A stretch of 63,915 bases of DNA, filler included, from Saprolegnia diclina VS20 (taxonomy: Eukaryota), in the NCBI RefSeq assembly GCF_000281045.1. It is 5 parts of 3 records of this genome, joined end to end, with 100 filler letters (N's around TTAATTAATTAA, not from the genome) between each part and the next. Parts side by side here need not be neighbours in the genome. Positions count along the whole stretch, not along the records: positions 45,689 to 61,503 come from NW_008246226.1; 4 more parts are not named here. The stretch is one strand, 5' to 3'. Made by a program: the position numbers and the translations under genes. The notes beneath the pieces are model-generated. The model saw nothing but the letters and a program-made list of their open reading frames with translations. It searched no databases and was not told the DNA's origin. Shown here one piece after another: positions 47,897-61,204 of this stretch (position 1 is the first letter of the stretch; each line of letters begins with the position of its first letter).

Positions 47897-49754
47897 ATGG
47901 CCAAGGTGGCTGACACGCAAGCCGCTATCCTAGCAGTCGCTGCGCAGAGACAGCAGTATGCCGTGTGCTGGAGCCGAGCTCCCTTTCTCCTGAGCCTGAT
48001 CATGCTACTCAACCTCGTAGCCATGGTACTCACCACACTTGGGCCGCGAACACCCTTTCATACAATTGTTCTAGCCATTGAAAGCTTACGTGACCGAGTT
48101 CTTGCCGTGGACGTACATGCCACCGCCGGCACCACTCGCCTCGACCAACTTTACGCTCTTCAACGCGTCGACACTGGAGCTTCTTCAAAGACTATACAAC
48201 CGGAGTACGCTGCCTCTGCATGCGACATACCATGAAGACGCAACGGGGTACGTGCTCCGAAAAACGATCAAACCGCGCATCACGAGTCTCGATGCGTGTG
48301 CCTCTGAAGTCATTCCGGGCCTGCCCGGCGCGATCTTCTATGGCCCGTCCTTTTCGCGACTAATTTGTGCGATGGCCATGACCGAAAATGGCACTGCGTG
48401 GGACGGCCGTGGTAGCTGTATGGACCAAACGTTCTTTGCGCAGCCGTGGATCTACCAATGTCTTTGGCTCACGGGCGGCGACGACCTTGCACTCAACGCT
48501 TCGGCGCCCGGGTATACGCTCACGTACGCAGCCCGTCCGTACCCGATGGCACTATGGTGCTCCGCCAAGTTTGTTTACCGGGCGATCACAACCGTGTATA
48601 TCGCGCGACTTGTCTGGACGCGCTACTACGTACACTGCACCGCGCTCGCATCTTCATTGGCCGTCATGGGACACCGACCGTTTGAGGTCAAAAACTCGGC
48701 TTCTCTCTGGCGCTATGAGGTTGTGCTGGGGGACCCCACGGCGATGGTGCTAACAGACCCTCTTGTCGCCTTCTTGCTTTGTGTCGACATTGGCGCGAGC
48801 TACGACACATTGACGTTCGCTGTGCTTCGAGCCTCGCAGAGCGCAGACATTTATGTCATGTTGATTGCATTTCTGTACCTCTCTCGCACCGTACGTCCCC
48901 CGCTTTTACTGTCAAGATGGTCAGTAAATGAAAATGGATATTGTAGGTCTGGGTGCCGTACTTGGCCGTCGCGACGACGACGCTCGTCGTGAAGCGGTAC
49001 CACAAGGAACACACGTTTGCTCAAATCGACCCGACGGCGCTGGCCATTGAAACAGCGATGTATGGGCCGGCGCTCACGTGGTGCATGGGCAACGTCTCTA
49101 TCCTCTTGCAGTTGTACCAGTACCTCGGTCGCGCTGTGGTCCCAACGTCGGACCAAGACGCCAAGTTTGAAGCTGTGCCCGATGTCGCCGTTTATTTTGT
49201 CTCGCTCGCGTCGTTGCCACTAGTTTATGGTTTTGGTCGCGCACGCTGGCGCCGTACGTCTGTAGTTTACTGCTACGTCACTATGACGCATGCATGTAGG
49301 GGCCATGATAACGCCATCGGCAGCGTACGCCAGCTTTCGCTACAATCCGTGGAAGAACCGAGCTCTCTTGGCGTTTGTGGGGTGCATTGATCCGCAATTT
49401 CGATCCCCGCACTCGATGGCCGAGCGCGGCGGATCTGTCTACGCCCTTTTTGAAGCCAATCGGCAGTACGAGAGGTGCCCCGGCATCAGCTTCCGCGCGA
49501 CCGACTGCTTTGTCTTGTGCTATCGAGACGGCATTCTCAGGGAGCGCTTGCGGCTCACGCTCTTGTCGACGCTCGATCGACACAAAGGCGATGCTTTGCT
49601 CGCTGTTCCAAGCAGCGCCGTTCCATCCTTATACTGCGTCAACACACTGGAAGTCGCGACATTGGAAACGTCAACCGTCGAGCAGAGCAGCAATGGTCCT
49701 GGCGTCTCGCATGCCATTCACCTTTCGCCACAACCTTCTCCGTGGTGCCTCTAA
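47897..49754 (+). CDS. Uncharacterised multi-pass membrane protein, WCL family copy 1 (3 introns)
   Basis: LLNLVAM|PLKAY, YEVVLGDPT, YLSRT|VW, GGSVYALF, RATDCFV and C-terminus PSPWCL. Confidence 0.85.
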
Positions 49755-50070
49755 TAAGTTGCGGTGTAAGTGCGCCTCTCGCTGCCTTGGTTGATCTCCC
49801 TGTGTGCAACCCAGCTTGGCAAGAGCGCGCCACGTCATACCTTCGTAATATAATACCCTACACCTCCGAAATCGAATATCTGCAGTGGCTCCATTTTTAC
49901 CGTTTAAACATGACCGACTAGTTACCTCAACTCATGGGACCGTGTCGACGATTGACGTTTGCGCGTCGATTCGCCTGCACATTGCAGAGTGTTCCGGGGG
50001 ACGCCAGTCGCTCCGTCTCCAACAGTAGAAACACGAGAATTTGTTGGTTTGACGAGTCCATAATGACAGC

Positions 50071-51921
50071 CTAGAGACACCACTCGGAGGGTTTTGGGGC
50101 GCGTACGATGGCTGGTGGTGCCACATCCACGAGCTGGTTGAACGAGTACTGCGGGGCGGTCTTGGTATTCCGAATGGCCAGTGTTGGTGTTGATTCATTG
50201 CAGTCGAGGCTCTCCAGTAGGGTCAAGCGAATGCGCTCGACGAGCACATTGTCCTTGTAGCAGTAGACAAAGCAGTCGGCGCTCCGAAAACTAATCGTTG
50301 GCGACCGTTTGTAGCGCGCGTTTCGACGAAAGAGGCCATAGACCGTGCCACCGGTCTCCGGAACCGTCATCTTCTTGTCAGGGTGCATCCACTGGAGCAC
50401 GGTGAACATCGCTTGGGTCTTGATACCGTTGTAGCGAAAGCTGCCGTACAAGGACGCGACGCTCGAGAGTACGCGCCGAGATCCTATTTTAACTATATAA
50501 GCACTGAGACGAAACAGATTGTTGCAAGGTGTACGGTGGCGGCGGCACAACGCGCCCACAAAGCCATAGACGAGCGGAATGAACCCAATACTGATTGAAT
50601 AGAGCATGGACGGGACAGATCCTTCAACGACGTACTCTCTTCTCGACGCCGAAAGGGTAAACTCAAAGAGGTAGTGGTACGCTGCCAGAAGAGGCCCCAT
50701 ATGGCCCATCGCCCATGTGACAGCAGGACCATAGAAGGTCGTCGCCACCGCGATAATGGTCGGGTCTACTTCGTAAAACAGGTGCTCCTTGTGATGTCGC
50801 TTGAGATAACTCGCAGTCAAACACACGGTAGCGTAAGCAAACCAGACCTACGCAGAATCAGATGGAAATCAGAAAAATGATATCTCATGCCGCAACCCAT
50901 GGTACGTACGGTCCGAGAGAGATACATGAACGCGAGGAGCATCACGTCGACATCGGCACTTTGCGACGCGCGGGGTATGACAAGAGAGATAACCTCGGCG
51001 CTGAGCCAACAGTCCACGAAGAAGGCCGTGGCGACGCCGGGGTGCATGAGGATGATCGCGGTCGGATCGCCGTAGAGCACTTCATAGCGCCAATGACTCT
51101 GAGCGCAGAGATTGGCTCGGTGACCACGTCGACGCAGTAGCGTCTCAACCTGCCGACAGTGCACATAGAAATTGGTCCACATGAGGTGGAGCGTCAGCAG
51201 TGAGATGCCAATGCGGTAGACAAACTTGAGCGAGTGGAACGCGTAATACGTGTACACAGTATGGGCCGCCACCAGAGTGTATGTGTCATGGCTACTGGTG
51301 CTGCTGCCGTCGAGCTCGTTCCCGGCGCGAAGCCAGACGCACTGATGCCCGATGGCCATTGAAAAATACGTAATGTACATGCACGCACCGCGGCGGTCCC
51401 ACGTCCCATCACTGGGCGACGAGTGATTGGCGGCGGCAAAGGCACAGAGAACACTGCGGATGCCAGCGCCGTAGAAGAGGACGCTCGGCAGACCAACAAG
51501 AAATCGGTCGCGGCAATCGTTTACCAGAATGGGACTGTGGAGCAGGATGAGGACATAGCGCATCACTTGGGTGTTGTGCGCGCTGTCGTCGAAAAAGTGA
51601 GCTGTCGCCGGTAGCGTCGAGGCGTTGTACGCCGCTTGCATATGAGCCAGCGTCTTTATGTTGAAGTCCGAGTCGTTAGCATACGTTGGTGGCGGGGGCT
51701 GTGCTGCCCACGGCGGGTGCTCGGAGAGATACGCCTTCATGGGCTACCGCATGCGACAGTGAGTTTGGAGACGGAAGACGATGAAGAGTTGGCACCATGC
51801 TGGCGATGTTGAGGAGCATGATGATGCTGACGCCAAAGGCAAAGTAGTTGCGGCCGACGGCAAAGAGTGGGGGAGCTGCGTTCGAGGGGCCGGGCACGAC
51901 GTGGACACGAGAGACAGGCAT
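50071..51921 (-). CDS. WCL-family membrane protein copy 2
   Basis: Same motifs and intron positions; ends PSEWCL. Confidence 0.85.
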
Positions 51922-52602
51922 GCTCACAACGCAAATGCTTTTGCTTATTTAGGGATTTTGCCTGTTGTAACGCCCGGTGCATGAAACGAGCGAACGCAGC
52001 TGCGATGAAGTTGCTGACGGATAAAAAGACTCGGGTCTCGTCAAAAAATTATTTTGCAGGATCCAGTGCCCGCAACGCGTACGACATGCAACCGCATCAT
52101 CACCGCGGCATGTGTTGCAAGATTCGCCAACCTGCGGAGGAGACGCTAGCGTCGAGGTCGCTCTAGTCAGGCAGCAACCTAATCCTCGTGCACGCATAAT
52201 AGACGGTTGCAGCATAGCCCCGCGCACTGGAAGATCCAACCCGCAGGCCAGAAGACTAGCTACAAATACCGCGTTACCGCATTGATTTTACTTGCATTTT
52301 TGTCCAGCGGGCCCACCATGGGCCGTTCTATTTCTGATTTGCCTGATCGTTTGTTCCAACCAAATACCGGGATCACCGAGCAGCCTTGTTCGAACAGCGC
52401 GTTTCAACTTTGTGCAGTCGTCAACGAGCTGCTGCTGGTGAGCCAGTCCATAGGTGCCCGGCTAGCAGGCGCCGGAGCACGAGAGGATGCACGATCGAAC
52501 ACGATTCGCTGTCGAAGTAACTTCATTTTGGAATCAACACGAGACACGTCTTTTCTACGACTCTTCGCTGTCGCCGTTTTGCCGGCTTGAGAAAACGGTC
52601 GC

Positions 52603-54429
52603 ATGACCACGGCCAAGGTCTTGTCGGGCCCCGTGCCTCCGGGTCCTGCGAACGGCGATGTTCGGCGAGGGCCGTACCCAGTACGCCGCAACGCGTTCAT
52701 TCTGAGCGTCAGCCTCATCTGTCTTCTCAACGTGCTATGCATGGTATCCGAATCCCTCTCACTTCCATTCGTCTCAGTCGCCGTGGGTTGTAGCCGATGA
52801 AAGCCTACCTCTCGGAAGACGTACCGTGGGGGCCTCTCATTGAGCGTCCGGTCTTTCCCAACTACTCGAGCTTCAACACGGCGATTCTTGCGAGATACCA
52901 AGCCGAGTACGCCTTCGACCGACTTCCCAACACGAGCACGTACTTTAACGATGCGTCGAGCGATGTCCAAGTTGTGCGGCTCGCTTTGGACCTCAATCAA
53001 CACGTTCCCGTCGCTGTCGAGGACTGCGTTGGCTCGTTTCTTCTCGGTATGCCTGGCGTGATCTACTTTACGTCGTCTGTCCGCACTCTCCTGTGCGCAC
53101 TCGGCGCAACCGACCGCGTGGTACCGGCGCAGTGGCACAACAAAGGTCTGTGCGCCTACGACATGTATTTCACCATCAACTTGGGCCACCAATGTGTCTG
53201 GCTCGAGTTTGACCCGGCCCAACCAAGCACGCTTGTCGTCGTGAGCGCTCTGGTCATGTACACGACGTATGCATGGCGCTGGTTCAAGTTTGTCTTTCGG
53301 ATTCTGGTGACGCTGCGCATTCTACATGTGGTCTGGACCGACTACTACATTCATTGCTACGCGCTCGAGCATGCGTTCGCGACGCGCGGGCACTTAACCA
53401 ATATGCCCGATGGCGACTGGAGTTACGAGGTGCTCTGGGGGGATCCCACCGCATTTGTCTTGCTGCATCCGGAAATTGCACTGGCCTTTGTCATCGACTA
53501 TTGGCTCAGCGTCGACGTCGTCACAGTCGTGATTGTTCGCGCCAGTCAGAACGACGATATTGTCGTCATGTTGACGGCGTTTCTGTACCTCTCGCGGACC
53601 GTACACCTCGATCGCTACATGTTTTGTGGCTAAGCGTCGTGATTAGGTTTGGTTTGCGTATGCTGCGATGGGCCTCACCTCGTTCGTGCTCAAGCGCTCG
53701 CACAAAGAGCATTTGTTCGCCGAAGTCGACTTGACGCTTGTCGCGATTGGCGCTACGTGCTATGGCCCGGCTGCGTCGTGGGCCTCTGGCAACGTCGCGT
53801 TTCTTCTGCAAACTTTTCAATTCTTCTTTGAAGCCATCGTGCCATTGGCAGCCAAAGGCCAGGAGTTTGAGGGCTGCTTGTCGTCGCTCGTGTATACCAT
53901 CATGCTGGCGTCGATGCCGATCATGTATGGCTTTACTCGGCCGCTCCTACGTCGTCGTAATACGTCACTGTACAAGAAATGTCGTTCACGCACTACTACC
54001 GTATTAGGTCAGCCGCCCACGGTGGACCCGGCGCGCTATAGCAGCTTTCTCTACAACGGCTTCAAGACGCGTCTTGTGTTTGCTGCGCTGCACCACTGGA
54101 CCCGCGACTACCGGGCGGGCATTCCGTCGGTCGGCGGCTCGATCTACGCGCTCTTCGACTCGAATGCACGCTACAAACAGTATCCCACGACGCGCTTTCG
54201 CGGACCCGACTGTTTTGTGCACTGCTACTGCAATGGCAAGCTGGTCGAGATCCTTCGCCTGAGCCTTCTCGTCGGTCTAGACCGGAATGGGAACGCACCA
54301 AACGTAGTGATCGCGACGAGCGACCAGCCGTCGCTGTATACAGTCCACACGATTCAGCTGCCAACCAGTGAGAAGCAGAAAATGCCGCTTTTGCGCTGCC
54401 CGTTAACCCCAAGTGCGTGGTGTCTTTAA
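52603..54429 (+). CDS. WCL-family membrane protein copy 3
   Basis: Same motifs and intron positions; ends PSAWCL. Confidence 0.85.
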
Positions 54430-54921
54430 TTTCATGGTCAACATTGGTTGACTCAATGTTGAAGAGAATGACGTTTCGTAATAAGTCCTATCTGAACTTA
54501 GTTTTCGATCCTCTTTGGAATGGACACCAAAGTTTCAACACAGGATCTTGAAAGCTCCGTGCGTGGCAGCGACTATGCTGAGGCAAGGTCGACCCAGTGG
54601 GGTGGACCCACCCACCACATTGTGTGAATACGAGACGTCCCATCAGGTGATGCATATTTTCAACGATTCTGTTCGATCGATTAGCCTTTAGTTAGTACCA
54701 GAGTACCAGTAACATCAAATATTTGACTTGCCCGAGGCCCTCACAACAACTTTCGAGCCCACGCGTCTTGCTTGATTTCTCTGTCTTGCCTGGCACCGCT
54801 GCAAGGAATCCCTCATTGCCTCATAGTGACGAGAGATTAACCGATATCCGGATAAGGCTTAAGCCGTCTTAGCTATAATTGGAGGACATGTGTACTTTCT
54901 TTTTTGAAACGAGACGGTACG

Positions 54922-56732
54922 ATGCCACCCATCAAGGTCTTTGTCGGTGCAGGCTACGCACCGCAACCCCGCCACGTGGTGCGGCGCAATCGCTTTGCCT
55001 TTGGGGTTAGCATGGGCATTCTGCTCAACATTGCGCTCATGGTAAAATCCCTTTGCACATGTCAAAGTCATCGCTGTACTAGCCCATCAAGGCGTACCTC
55101 TCGGAGGATCTGCCGTGGACGCGCCTGCAACAAGTGCCAGCGTCGACCAACTTTACCGAGTTCAATACCTCGACGCTTGTGGTATTTCAAGCCGCGTACA
55201 ATGCGCAGACGTTGCCCGCAGGCACGGCGTTCATCAACGACAACGCCCACAGCGTACAGCTCGTGCGTGAAGTACTCAATATAGCGTCGCACACACCCGT
55301 GGGGGCGGACGACTGCCAGAACGCATTTCTGCTCGGGAAACCTGGCGTTCTCTACTACCCCGACTCGATCCGCGATTTGCTCTGCGACCTCGCGGCCCAG
55401 AATGCGTCGTTTGTCAACATCACGGCCTGGCACAACCGTGGCACGTGTGTCTACAACACCTATTTTAGCCTCTACATTGGCCATCAGTGCGTCTGGATCA
55501 CGGCCGGAAACGCGCTGACGCCAATACCAATGCGGGGAAACGAGGTGACCATCACCGCGGCCACCGGGGCGTACGCGTCGATACCGTGGCTTTGGGTCAA
55601 GTTCGTGTTTCGCTTGGTCATGACATTGATTTCGCTCCGGCTCATGTGGACCAAATACTACCGGCACGTACTCGCGCTCGAACGTCTCTTGGCCGAACGC
55701 GGGCACCGACCGGATACCAAAGCGTTGTGGCACTACGAAGTGATTTGGGGTGACCCGACAGCGATGATCCTTATGGACCCAAGCATCGCGACCATCTTCG
55801 CCATCGACTTCTGGCTCAGCGTCGACGTCGTCACGCTCGCCATCATGCGTGCAAGCCAGAGCGAAGACATCCCGGTTATGTTATTGGGTTTTCTTTATCT
55901 CTCGCGCACGGTACACTCGTGTTTTGAGTAAATGTTGTGTTTAACGACGAGACTAGGTCTGGTTAGCCTACGCGGCGCTGTGCGCTCACGGACAAGCGCC
56001 TCAAGCGCCTCAAGACCGAGCACACCTTTGTCGATGTCGACCCGACGCTGGTCGCGATCGCCGCGACCTTGTACGGTCCCATGGTCGCCTGGACTGTCGG
56101 CAACGTTGGGTTTGCTCTTGTGGTGTTTCACTTTCTCTTCGAGCTCACGGTGCCATCGGCGCTCGTGTACGTTCGTTTTGACGGCTGTCTGGCGTCGACG
56201 TTGTACACGCTGATTTTGGCCATCATGCCTGTGCTCTACGGTTTTGGGATGGGGCTTGTGCGTACGTACTCTTTCACGAGTATGTGTGGTGAAGTGCCGA
56301 TGCCTAGGCAAGGCGCCGACCATCCATCGCGATATGACGTCATTCAGCAGCTTCAAGTTCAACAACATCAGAACGCGGGTGCTTTTTGCGGCCATGCAAG
56401 TGCTCGAGGGGCGCGTGCCCCCCGGCGTGGCCTCTTTTGGGGGCACCATGTACCGTCTCTTTGAGATCAACCCGCGCTACAAGCTGTGCCCGACGATTAG
56501 CTTTCGAAGCACCGACTGCTTTGTCTATTGTTATGAAGGCGACGCGTTCAAGGAAAAGCTGCGACTTGGGCTTCTGAGCTGCCTCGACCGCATTTTACAC
56601 GAGCCTGCCGTGGCGATTTCGGACGCTAGAGACGCATCGCCCTTTGCGTTCAACCAGCTGCAAATGCCTTCGGAAAAGCAGCCTACGCCGACACTCCGTC
56701 TCCCATCCGCGCCGACGGTCTGGTGTTTGTAA
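54922..56732 (+). CDS. WCL-family membrane protein copy 4 (apparent +1 frameshift near 55984; possible pseudogene or alternative acceptor)
   Basis: Same motifs; ends PTVWCL; exon 3 has one extra base relative to its paralogs. Confidence 0.7.
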
Positions 56733-57333
56733 TTGTCTGGCTTTTAGATTTTTACTGTCTGAATAAAAATAGCACAGCTATTGCAGACAACTGGGTACAT
56801 CCCTGGATGCATGTGGCGTCAAAACACACATGTCGGTGATTTCTTTTACCTATGAAAACGCATAATTATATGCATTTTCACAGGCACTTGACCACCCACG
56901 CCACCGCCAAGCGCGCTTGCTTCGCCAAACCGAGCCTGAAAAAAGTTTCGCTCCAATTTGGCTTGTCGATAGAGAACACATTGGAGGTCACAACACACTA
57001 TGCCGTTCGGTCGGTAGAGGTTTCAAGGCTGAGAAATTCAGAGATGAAGGTAGCGACGTTAAACCATGCGTTAAACTACTTTAACGTATGATACAATGAA
57101 ACCATGACAGTCCGATCATCAGACTCCCGGCGCGGGAGGGTTAAACGTCGATTGATGAATGACGTCGTATACCAGCCAGAACCAATGTCCGTTTAAAGTG
57201 TTCTCGTACACTCGTAGAATTATGTTTTTAAACAATATCTTTCGAGCGCCGCCATGCGTATAGTTTTGGTTTGTCCGAAAGCCGCCACCTGTTTCATTTT
57301 GATTGCGGTCTATTTCAAGCACACTCGTCCACA

Positions 57334-59158
57334 ATGCCGTCGGCCAAGATTGCTGTCGGGCCCCTTCTGCCAGGGGCACCGCGCCATGTGGTCCACCGCA
57401 ACGCGTTTGCCTTTTTCGTGAGCATGGGTATTCTCTTGAACATTTCACTCATGGTACCAGTCCATTTCTGTGCCGGCGCACGCTAATGCCTCGACGACTT
57501 GTATTAGCCGATGAAGGCGTACCTCTCGGAGCACCTGCCGTGGATGCGCGAAACGCAGGCGCCCGCGTCCAGCAATTTTACTGAGTTTAACGCGTCGACA
57601 CTGTTGCAATACCAAGCCAAATACAACATCTCGACGCTCCCACCCAATTGCATCTACTTCAACGACGCCGCGGCCGGTGTCGAGCTCGTGCGCGTGGATC
57701 TGGATATGGCCACGCACGCGGCGATCGCACGCGATGACTGCGTCTCGGCCTTTCTTCTCGGCAAGCCCGGTGTCATCTACTACACCACGTCCATTCGATT
57801 GCTGCTCTGCGATCTCGCGGCGGCCAACGCCTCGAGCTTTCACCTTCTTGCGTGGCAGAACCGGGGCACGTGTGTGTACAACACGTACTTTGGCTTGTAC
57901 ATTGGCCACCAGTGCGTCTGGATCACGGCCGACGACGTAGCGCACGCACATCGGCTCACCATCTCGATGGCGATTGCAGCATATGCCGCGACTGCGTGGC
58001 TCTGGTGCAAACTGGCCTTTCGCGTTGGTATCTCGCTCGTGACGTTGTACCTCCTGTATGCAAAGTACTATCGCCACTGCTTGGACCTCGAGTCGCTTTT
58101 GCGATCTCACGGTCACAAGCGCGTCTGCAACAAACATTGGCGCTACGAAGTCATTTGGGGTGACCCCACGGCCTTGATTCTTTTGAACCCAGCGATTGCA
58201 GGGATTTTTGCCCTCGACTGCTGGCTCAGCGTCGACATTGTAGCCGTCGCCATCATGCGTGCGAGCCAGGCCCACGAGATAACTGCCATGCTTCTCGGCT
58301 GTCTCTACCTCTCCCGAACGGTACCTACATGTCCTGTTATTCGTGGCTCGATCCCTTGGCTGAATGGAAAACACGGTAGGTTTGGTTTGCCTACGCCGCG
58401 CTATGCGGCGTGAATACGTACTTGAAGCGCCACAAGAAAGAACATCTCTTTGCAGAGGTGGACCCTACCCTCGTGGCCATTGCTGCGACAATCTATGGTC
58501 CGCTGGTTACGTGGATGGTCGGCAATGTCGAATTCATTCTCGCGCTGTTTCACGCCTTGTTTGACCTTGTGGTACCAACAGCTCTGAAGCGCGACCGATT
58601 TGACGGCAGCATTCCGTCCACCCTGTACTCACTCATGCTCGCATCACTACCTGTCGTCTTTGGTTTCACGCACGCTCTCCTCCGTACGTGTCTCGTATAT
58701 TGTGTTTGCTTGCATTTTGTCATGTTTTGGCAGGGAGACCGCGCACGACGCCGCGCGACCTCCATCTGTACAGCAGCTTTCATTTCAACAACATCAAAAC
58801 CCGCTTGGTGCTATCGACACTGCATATCCTCCAGCGCCACCTCCCTGCAAATGTACCGGCCATTGGCGGCACCATGCACCGCCTCTTTGAGCTCGCACCG
58901 CGCTACAAGCGATCGCCCACGATTAGTTTCCGCGGCTCCGACTGCTACGTCCATTGTTTTTGCGATGGCGTCTTAGAAGAGCGTTTGCGCCTCAGCCTCG
59001 TCGACGACTTGGATCGATTGGTTCTCGAGCCAGATGTGGCCATCCATGACGCACCCGATGCGTCCACGTACTCGGTGAACGTCCTCGTGCTGCCGTCGGC
59101 CCTGTGCGCTCACCCGCGCCTGCAACGACCCCGACAGCCGAGTGTATGGTGTCTTTAG
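57334..59158 (+). CDS. WCL-family membrane protein copy 5
   Basis: Same motifs and intron positions; ends PSVWCL. Confidence 0.85.
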
Positions 59159-59340
59159 CGCACATCATGACGACGCTCTTTGCATGCAATTTCAACACTA
59201 GGATGACTCAGGATGACATGACTTTGCATTTCCTTTCAAATTTGAATGATCCATTGTATCAATTTTGGAAGTTTTTACGTGGCAGCCGGACGTAGCAGGA
59301 ATTGTGGCAGGTGTCATACGGTAGTAAATTGCGCACAGGA

Positions 59341-61204
59341 CTAGAGGCACCACGCCGAGGGCTGGGACGAGAGGCTCACAGCATGTGACAAGCGAGGACC
59401 TGCGCTGGAAGTCATATCGTTCTCCATCCTTGTAGCGACATGGAGGGTATTGACGCAGTAGTCGGACAGTTCAACGGTACTTGGAACGGCCAGTGACGCA
59501 TCCCGTTCGTGCCGATCGAGCGTCGACAAGAGCGTGAGCCGCAAACGCTCCCTCAGCATACCGTCCTGATGGCACAAGACAAAGCAGTCGGTCGCGCGAA
59601 AGCTAATCGCGGGACATCTCTCAAACTGCCGATTGGCCTCAAAAAGAGCGTAGACGGACCCGCCGCGCTCCATCATGTCGCCCGATGTCTTGCTTCTGCC
59701 TTCAAGGCACTGGACGAGTGCCAAGAGAGCGCGATTCTTCCATGGATTGTTCTGAAAGCTAGAATATCGCAGCAGCGTCCGGCGGGTGGAGCCTACATCG
59801 TCCCCTATAAGCACGCTTTCAACATATCCGTAGCACATCACGTACCTTGCCAGCGTGCACGGCCAAAACCATACATTAATGGCAGCGACGCAAGCGAAAC
59901 CAAATACACAATGACGTCTGGCGCTGACTCAAACTTGGTATGTTGGTCCGACGTTGGCACCGCGACCCGGCCGAGGTACTGGTAGAACTGCAAGAAAAAG
60001 CTGACGTTGCCCATGCACCACGTGAGCGCCGGGCCGAGAATCGCTGTCGCAATCGCTAGTGCCGTGGGGTCAATTTGTGCAAACGAGCGCTCCTTGTGGT
60101 AACGCTTCACGAGAAGCGTCGTCGTCGAGACGGCCAAGTACGGCAGCCAGACCTACCAAATTCATTTCGACAACTTTGTCATGACTATTTGGACAGTAGG
60201 AATTGGACATACGGTGCATGAAAGGTACAAGAATGCAATCAACATGACATAGACGTCGGCGCTCTGGGTCGCTCGAAGGACAGCGAACGTTAGCGTGTCG
60301 TAGCTCGCGACAATGTCGACACAAAGCAAGAAGGCGACAAGAGGGTCAGTCAGCACCATCGCCGTTGGGTCCCCCAGCACAACCTCGTAGCGCCAGATTG
60401 AAGCAGAGTTTTTGACATCCAGCGGTCGGTGTCCGGTGACGGCCAGTGACGTTGCGAGCGCGACGCATTGAACGTAGTAGCGCGTCCAGACCAGGTGCGC
60501 AATGTAGAATGTCGTTAGAGTTCGGTAAGCAAACTTGGTGGGACACCACCACGCCAGTGGATACGGACGAGCTGCGTACGTGAGCGTATAACCGGGCGCC
60601 GAAGCGTTGAGTGCAAGGTCGTCGCCGCTCGTGAGCCAAAGACACTGGTAGATCCATGGCTGCGTAAAGAAGGTCAGGTAGATACAATCCCCACTGCCGT
60701 TCCACGCAGTCCCGTTGTCAGCCATGGCCATCGCACAAATTAGTCGCGAAAAGGACGGGCCATAGAAAATCGCACCGGGCAGGCCCGGAAGGACTTCAGA
60801 GGCACACGCATCGAGACTCGTGATGCGCGGGTTGATCGTTTTTCGAAGCACGTACCCCGCCGCGTCTTCATGGTATGTGACGTGCGGAGGCAGCGTACTC
60901 CGGTTGTATAGTCTCTGAAGAAGCTCCAGTGTCGACGCGTTGAAGAACGTAAAGTTGGTCGAGGCGAGTGGCGCCGGTGGTGGCACATACGTCCACGGCA
61001 AGAACTCGGTCACGTAGGCTTTCATTGGCTAGCACTGAGAAATGACAAGAGATTTGGCGACTAGAATGGGGGTACCATCGCCACGAGGTTGAGAAACATG
61101 ATCGCGCTCAGAAGTAATGGGAGTCTGCTCCAGCGCACGTCGAACTGCTGTCGCCGCGCAGCGACGGCTCGGGCGGCACTTTGCATATCAGCCACCTTGG
61201 CCAT
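59341..61204 (-). CDS. WCL-family membrane protein copy 6 (inverted close paralog of copy 1)
   Basis: KAYVTEFLPWTY..PPPAPLASTNFT is nearly identical to copy 1; ends PSAWCL. Confidence 0.85.

Noticed and set aside
49740..49754. C-terminal WCL as a CaaX prenylation signal
   Set aside because: Cys is second from the end, not fourth.
54438..54462. 9-bp-stem hairpin TCAACATTG..CAATGTTGA after WCL copy 3
   Set aside because: Not seen after the other paralogs; may be chance.
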